A stretch of 64,000 nt of DNA from Candidatus Zixiibacteriota bacterium (lineage in GTDB: Bacteria > Zixibacteria > MSB-5A5 > UBA10806 > 4484-95), in contig JBBIRK010000001.1 of the NCBI GenBank assembly GCA_037441845.1, positions 337,284 through 401,283 of the forward strand. Reading direction: 5' to 3'. This document shows, piece by piece, positions 58,856-64,000 of the stretch. Below the pieces are notes generated by a model. The model worked only from the letters and a program-made list of their open reading frames with translations. It made no database searches and was not told the DNA's origin. The number at the start of each line of letters is the position of its first letter. Positions within the stretch are counted from its first letter, which is position 1. Made by a program: the position numbers and the translations under genes.

Positions 58856-58884
58856 AATATAAGCCGCGGAAAACAGGTTATCAA
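58856..58884 (-). promoter_or_regulatory. sigma70-type promoter, leaderless geometry (GT2 operon)
   Basis: TTGATA-N17-TATATT-N6-GTG(58849). Confidence 0.7.
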
Positions 58885-59115
58885 GAATATGCCCGCGTTA
58901 AAAATGAATTTCCAAACACGCTGAATATAAGATTAAAATGGAGTAACATAAACATTGATAAGCAGCCTTAAGACGCCATGAGCCCTTAATATGGGGCGAT
59001 ATGGGACTGATCATGATTATAATCGGCCGTCAGGTCTTGGTCTTAATTTAAGGGGCCACTATGAATACGATCGCTTCATTGCCGGAGGAAAATCATCTCG
59101 GTCAGTCTGCGCAGG

Positions 59116-61368
59116 CTACTTCTGGTCGTTTTTCTGCTTCTTTTTTCTGAACGCCTCAACCGCTTTTATGAATTCCGGCTTGAATTTTACGTCTTCGGCT
59201 ACCGGCAGCGCCTCGAATTCGGGAGTTCTCAGGGGACAGGGGTCTTCATCAGATCCTTGATGTGTCTTTTCGTATAGCGCCTCTATGGCCAGAGTGGCAT
59301 TGCGAAACAGGTTGTGTTCGCCGATTTTGTAATACAGATACGTTCTTCTCATCGCATCCAGAACGCTGTCGTTCAAGCCGCTGATCGAGATATCGTGCCC
59401 CGCCTCGCGCAGTCGGTCAACTATACGCGACAATGTCTCCTCCCCCGAGGCGTCGAGTTCGTTTATGCCGTTGCCTACGATAAGTACATGCCTCAACTCC
59501 GGCATGGTGGCCACTACCTCGAGCACTTGCTTTTCCAGGAAATCGACGTTGGCGAAAAACAACGACCCTTGATATCTGATTACCGCTATATGGCGGCATT
59601 GTTTGAGATTGAATCTTTCGCGGTTTCTAAACGTTCCGTCGGGATGTTTCGAGAGCATGGCGATCTGTGGTTTCATATTTCTGAACAAGAAAAGAATAAG
59701 CGACAAGCCTACACCGATCATTATTCCCTTATCCAAATGGGGTGCGAAAGCAAGGGTGCATATGAAAGTGAGAACGCCGATTATGCCGTCGTAAACCTGC
59801 GTTTTCCAAGCATGTATGAACCCGGTGACATTGACCAAGCCGACCACCGCCATCATGATTATCGCCGCCAGGACCGCCTGAGGAAGATGGTAAAGCAGCG
59901 GGGTCAGCAGAATCAAAGTCAACATGACCAGCAGACTAGAAATGACGCTCGACATACCGGTGACCGCTCCCGCCTGTATATTGACCGCAGAACGCGAGAA
60001 CGACCCAGAAACCGGATAACCCTGGGTGAACGATGCCGCGATATTCGCCAACCCTTGCCCGATAAGCTCCTGGCTCGGATCGATCAGCTTTCCCGTTTTG
60101 GCGGCCACGGCTTTGGCAATGGAGATGGCCTCCATGAATCCAAGCAATGAGATTACCGCCGCCATGGACAAAAGATTGAGCATGATTCTGATATCGAATT
60201 TCGGAACGCTAAACGGTGGCAGCCCCTGCGGAATTCTGCCCACTACCGCACCGCCGCCGATGAATGTGAGCAAGGTATCTTGAAAACCTCCGCCGCCGAT
60301 TTTAAGCGAATATTCCGGTCCCTTACCCCGATTACCCGGCGGAATGGATTCCATATTGACCAATTTGACACCGTTATCGACGGCGACGGATTTATAACGG
60401 ATCCTGCTGAGCTCACCGCGATAGATCGACAACTTGCCTTCGAGTTCGCGGATCTCGGCCGTAAGCAGTGAGATTTCGTGTTCGATTTTCATTCTGGCGA
60501 ATTCTTTTCTGTATCGGTAATAGCTATCGATTTCGATTCTGCTGTCGTAATACTTCAAAGTATCATAAAGGGTGCGTCCGAGTTTCACTCTTTCCTCGGT
60601 TCTGTCTCGAATTTCAGCGAGAGTCGAATTGAACTCGCTCATCAGAAGCTCCGTTTTCGGGCAATCCACGTTTCGCGCCGGGACCCGGATATTGTTTTCG
60701 AACCTGCCGAGCGCGGAAACGATAGTGGTGATAATCACCGCCACCAACACGTAAGGCAGGCGCGGCTTGTATTTTTTCAGCGACAACATGATGGCGAATG
60801 CGGCTATCGCCATGAACAGCGTAGGCAGATGAGTACCATGAAGCGCCGCCTTGATCGTTTCATACACGACATGATGGAAATGGCCCGAACTTTCGACATT
60901 CACTCCAAAAATTTTCGACAATTGCGATAGAGCGATAATCAAGGCCGCCGCGTTCGTGAAACCGTTCACAACCGGATGCGAAATTAAATTTACTATCAGC
61001 CCGAATCGAAAAAGACCAAGACAGAATTGAAACAGCCCGACCATGAAAGCCAGCAGTATCGCATACGCTATATAATCGCTGCTTCCTGGGGAGGCCAAAG
61101 GCGCCAGAGCCGTGGCCACCATGAGAGAAACAACCGCCACCGGTCCCGTCGAAAGCTGCCGGCTCGAACCGAATAGAGCCGCGATCATTGGCGGCAAAAA
61201 GGAGGCATATAAACCAAAATAGATCGGCAGGCCGGCAAGCTGCGCGTACGCCATCGATTGGGGCACCAGCACAAGGGCTACCGTAATTCCGGCAACGAGG
61301 TCGGCCCGAAAATATTCTTTATTGTAACTTTTCAGCCAGCCGAGAAACGGAAATATCTTTTGAATCAT
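59116..61368 (-). CDS. SulP/SLC26 anion transporter with STAS domain and a large insertion
   Basis: DLVAGITVALVLVPQSMAYA, GSSRQLSTGP, GSFSRSA, STAS motif GSLFFAN...INELDASG. Confidence 0.94.
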   Translation of the reverse strand: MIQKIFPFLGWLKSYNKEYFRADLVAGITVALVLVPQSMAYAQLAGLPIYFGLYASFLPPMIAALFGSSRQLSTGPVAVVSLMVATALAPLASPGSSDYIAYAILLAFMVGLFQFCLGLFRFGLIVNLISHPVVNGFTNAAALIIALSQLSKIFGVNVESSGHFHHVVYETIKAALHGTHLPTLFMAIAAFAIMLSLKKYKPRLPYVLVAVIITTIVSALGRFENNIRVPARNVDCPKTELLMSEFNSTLAEIRDRTEERVKLGRTLYDTLKYYDSRIEIDSYYRYRKEFARMKIEHEISLLTAEIRELEGKLSIYRGELSRIRYKSVAVDNGVKLVNMESIPPGNRGKGPEYSLKIGGGGFQDTLLTFIGGGAVVGRIPQGLPPFSVPKFDIRIMLNLLSMAAVISLLGFMEAISIAKAVAAKTGKLIDPSQELIGQGLANIAASFTQGYPVSGSFSRSAVNIQAGAVTGMSSVISSLLVMLTLILLTPLLYHLPQAVLAAIIMMAVVGLVNVTGFIHAWKTQVYDGIIGVLTFICTLAFAPHLDKGIMIGVGLSLILFLFRNMKPQIAMLSKHPDGTFRNRERFNLKQCRHIAVIRYQGSLFFANVDFLEKQVLEVVATMPELRHVLIVGNGINELDASGEETLSRIVDRLREAGHDISISGLNDSVLDAMRRTYLYYKIGEHNLFRNATLAIEALYEKTHQGSDEDPCPLRTPEFEALPVAEDVKFKPEFIKAVEAFRKKKQKNDQK

Positions 61369-61425
61369 TCCCTCACCTATTCGATGCGCAAATTACGTTC
61401 ACCCAACCCGATCAGCGATAAATAC

Positions 61426-61857
61426 TCACCAACCCTTTTTATCGAGAATATCCCTCAACTTATCTTCCATCTTCTTTTCGACGAGGAGCATCCGCCGCGA
61501 CTTAGCGTCTTTGATTTTTTCCAGAAGGCTGTTCAGGTCAGCGGGCTTTTCGAGAAAATCCATAGCTCCCAATTTGATCGCCTCCACTCCTTTGTCGATA
61601 CTTCCCTGGCCGGTGAGAAGAATCACCTGAAGCTCGGGGTTTTTTTGCTTGATCAATTTAAGGGTGGTGAGACCATCTATGCCCGGCATCGCCAAGTCGA
61701 GCACGATCGCGTCATAGGGGGTTTCGTTTATCTTGTCCAGTGCAGCCGTACCGCTGTCGACCTTGTCGACGTTCAGTCCCCTCGATTCCATGCGCTCGGC
61801 CATGACGGTCGTGAAATCTTCGTCATCGTCAACCAGCAACACTTTGGCCTCGGCCAA
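61426..61857 (-). CDS. Single-domain response regulator (receiver only)
   Basis: VLLVDDD, VLDLAMPGIDG, LTGQG, FLEKP; TTG start after AAGGAGGTG. Confidence 0.93.
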   Translation of the reverse strand: MAEAKVLLVDDDEDFTTVMAERMESRGLNVDKVDSGTAALDKINETPYDAIVLDLAMPGIDGLTTLKLIKQKNPELQVILLTGQGSIDKGVEAIKLGAMDFLEKPADLNSLLEKIKDAKSRRMLLVEKKMEDKLRDILDKKGW

Positions 61858-61926
61858 TATTCACCTCCTTAATCTAAATGTTTCCCTGCCGCGATCCCAC
61901 CGCCCTCCGCCGCGGCGGGCCACGAC

Positions 61927-62577
61927 TTAATCTAAAGACGGAACAAAAATAGCCAGCGACCGACCATCATCGATCAGCCGTAATTCTCCGTGAAGTTCCT
62001 TCATGATTCCGGCCAGTTTCGCCAATCCTAATCCAACGGCATCGATTCCGCCTTTATCCAGACCGGAAATTGCGATCCCGGCCGAACCGTCATCACTGTT
62101 TATGCTTATAGTCAGAATATCGCCCGAACAACCACTATCGAGCACAAGTCTCAACGATTGGTAAAAACACAGCTGTAGAAGAAAGGGATTACCGTTCAGC
62201 ATCAAGGAGGCGACGCCGGGACGAAAATCAAGTTTCACCTTTTTCAAGCCTGCCGGCCGTTCACAAAGCCCCACGATATTTTCCATTACCGGCACGAGAT
62301 CGAAAGTGCGCATCTTCTCGTCGGCGGTATGAGCGAAGCGGTTTAGCCGCTTGACTATCATCTGCCCCCGCGAAACCTGAGCCGACAGACGATTATGCAC
62401 TTTCTTCAGCGCCTCCGGCGGTACGGCTCTATTCGATGCGCCTTCTTCGATAAAATCTCCGAGCAATCCCACGACCTCATTGGTCACCGCAATCACATTG
62501 TTGAGCTCATGAGTCACGCTTGCGGTGACGCTTGCGAAAAATCTTATCTGCTCGTCAAAAATGCTTTCCAAGGTCAC
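61927..62577 (-). CDS. Histidine-kinase-like protein with an H-box but degenerate ATP-binding domain
   Basis: THELNN H-box; no recognisable N box or DxGxG box; no sensor domain. Confidence 0.8.
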   Translation of the reverse strand: MTLESIFDEQIRFFASVTASVTHELNNVIAVTNEVVGLLGDFIEEGASNRAVPPEALKKVHNRLSAQVSRGQMIVKRLNRFAHTADEKMRTFDLVPVMENIVGLCERPAGLKKVKLDFRPGVASLMLNGNPFLLQLCFYQSLRLVLDSGCSGDILTISINSDDGSAGIAISGLDKGGIDAVGLGLAKLAGIMKELHGELRLIDDGRSLAIFVPSLD

Positions 62578-62951
62578 TCCCGACTACTGATCCCCAGCGC
62601 TGAATTTATTTTTGCGGTGATCTCCTCTATATTGACCGGTTTTATCAAATAATCGAACGCTCCTTCGGCAAGACCCTCTTCCCCCTCGGCCTCGCATCCG
62701 TGCCCTGTCAAAAGGATCACTTTCATGGACGGTTTGATTTTTTTAAGCCGTCGCAAAGTCTCGATTCCATTTATTTCGGGCATCTTCACGTCAATCACCG
62801 CAATATCGAATTCCTGAACCGCCGCCTTGGCAATGGCTTCTTTTCCACTCAGGACACCCTCCGCCTGATATCCTCGAAATTGAAGACGTTCGACAAGGAT
62901 GGATACCAAATCTTCCTCATCATCGACTATCATGACCCGGATTCTCGGCAA
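62574..62951 (-). CDS. Single-domain response regulator (receiver only)
   Basis: VMIVDDE, VIDVKMPEING, LTGHG, YLIKP; TTG at 62951 after AGGAGG. Confidence 0.92.
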   Translation of the reverse strand: MPRIRVMIVDDEEDLVSILVERLQFRGYQAEGVLSGKEAIAKAAVQEFDIAVIDVKMPEINGIETLRRLKKIKPSMKVILLTGHGCEAEGEEGLAEGAFDYLIKPVNIEEITAKINSALGISSRE

Positions 62952-62952
62952 A

Positions 62953-64000
62953 CTATCCTCCTGCTTCGAATCTTGCGACCGGTAATGTGACAATAAATGT
63001 GGTGCCCTCCCCTAAGGTGCTTTCGACCTTGATCTCACCGCCGAGCTTTTGCACTATGCCATAGGTTATGGAAAGGCCGAGACCTGTTCCGTGCGCTTTC
63101 TTGGTCGTGAAAAACGGTTCGAAAATCCGCTCCAGATCCTCTTTCGATATCCCCGGGCCGTCGTCGTGCACCAGGACATCGACCCTGCCGTCCGGCCGGA
63201 CTTTGCCGTCTATATTTATCCGTCCCCCGTCCTTGACCGCCTCGATGGCGTTCGTCACGATATTCAAGAAGACTTGCTGTAGTTGGCCTCGATCGCTTTC
63301 GATTTCCGGCAGATCAGGACTGAAATCGTAGGTGATTGCGATATTCCGGTGCAGGGCTTCTTTACCGAGAAAGCTCAAAACCTCATCGATCAAATCCTTT
63401 AGATTTATGAGCTCTATCTGAGGATCCATCCTTTTGGCAAACCCCAAAAGCCTGTGAGTGATTTTGCTGACCCTATCCACCGAAACCACTATCGAATTGA
63501 CATACTTGGCGATTTTTTCCCTCGACGGGAAATTATCGGTTACCGTCAGGATATCACGGATCATTCCGGCGTTTTCGTTTATAATGGCCATGGGATTGTT
63601 TATTTCGTGCGCCACGCCGGCGGCCACCCGCCCGATAGAAGCCATCTTGTTCGTATATTCTATCTCATGCAGCATTTTTGTCCTTTTCAAGTCGGCCTCA
63701 CGGATTCGTCCCACCATATGATATGCCCCCCAGATTATCACCGCCAAAATTATCACCACGCTGGTAAAAAGAAACCAGAGCAACTGCTTGCGCACCGAAA
63801 GCCAGTTTTCCATATACGAAGCCGGCTCCACGGTCTCGATTAACAAGAACGGCGCTCCCTCTATGAAAGCATAGCCCATCAGCAGTTTTTTCGTTCCCTG
63901 GGTGTATTCCATCACCTCGGTCTTGGGGCTATAGGCCGGAATCGCCAGGGAGATCGTATCCAGCACTTTGCCGTAAAAATGCGACGGCGTCTGAAGCACG
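62953..64000 (-). CDS. Membrane sensor histidine kinase (NtrB-like transmitter), 5'-truncated by the window edge
   Basis: AHEINNP, QVFLNIVTNA, DDGPG, FEPFFTTK, GTGLGL. Confidence 0.95.
   Translation of the reverse strand, partial: VLQTPSHFYGKVLDTISLAIPAYSPKTEVMEYTQGTKKLLMGYAFIEGAPFLLIETVEPASYMENWLSVRKQLLWFLFTSVVIILAVIIWGAYHMVGRIREADLKRTKMLHEIEYTNKMASIGRVAAGVAHEINNPMAIINENAGMIRDILTVTDNFPSREKIAKYVNSIVVSVDRVSKITHRLLGFAKRMDPQIELINLKDLIDEVLSFLGKEALHRNIAITYDFSPDLPEIESDRGQLQQVFLNIVTNAIEAVKDGGRINIDGKVRPDGRVDVLVHDDGPGISKEDLERIFEPFFTTKKAHGTGLGLSITYGIVQKLGGEIKVESTLGEGTTFIVTLPVARFEAGG

Overview
A 64-kb gene-dense bacterial chromosomal window. The secreted proteins end either in dockerin-like repeats (GDxNGD...DVTYxVRYFKG) or in a YPNPF...(I/V)(K/R) sorting-type domain, which suggests an FCB-group organism, most likely candidate phylum Zixibacteria (inference). 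Contents in order: (1) a Mn/Zn/Fe ABC (Tro/Mnt) operon with thiN inserted; (2) rarA; (3) two tRNA-Lys genes; (4) a CusCBA-type efflux operon; (5) surface-polysaccharide genes and large modular secreted proteins; (6) an octaheme HAO-family cytochrome; (7) Trk/Ktr K+ uptake; (8) a cluster of secreted hydrolases (frameshifted Cys-protease-like gene, M6 protease, C25 gingipain-like protease, 5'-nucleotidase); (9) radical SAM, HEPN/MNT, PqqD-M50-HlyD and GNAT genes; (10) a sigma54-driven lipoprotein gene with an in-frame TGA; (11) recA; (12) a five-gene synthase-dependent exopolysaccharide-like operon; (13) SulP with a phosphorelay. No CRISPR array, rRNA, integrase or transposase was seen. The strongest candidates for novelty are the GT2/Ig-lipoprotein/TPR-barrel/GH-CE4/pseudo-CE4 operon, a beta-propeller gene apparently split around a complete gingipain-like gene, a circularly permuted DNRLRE-like domain, and six promoters whose -10 box lies exactly 6 nt before the start codon (leaderless mRNAs). 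All family calls come from motif recognition by eye; no database searches were run.
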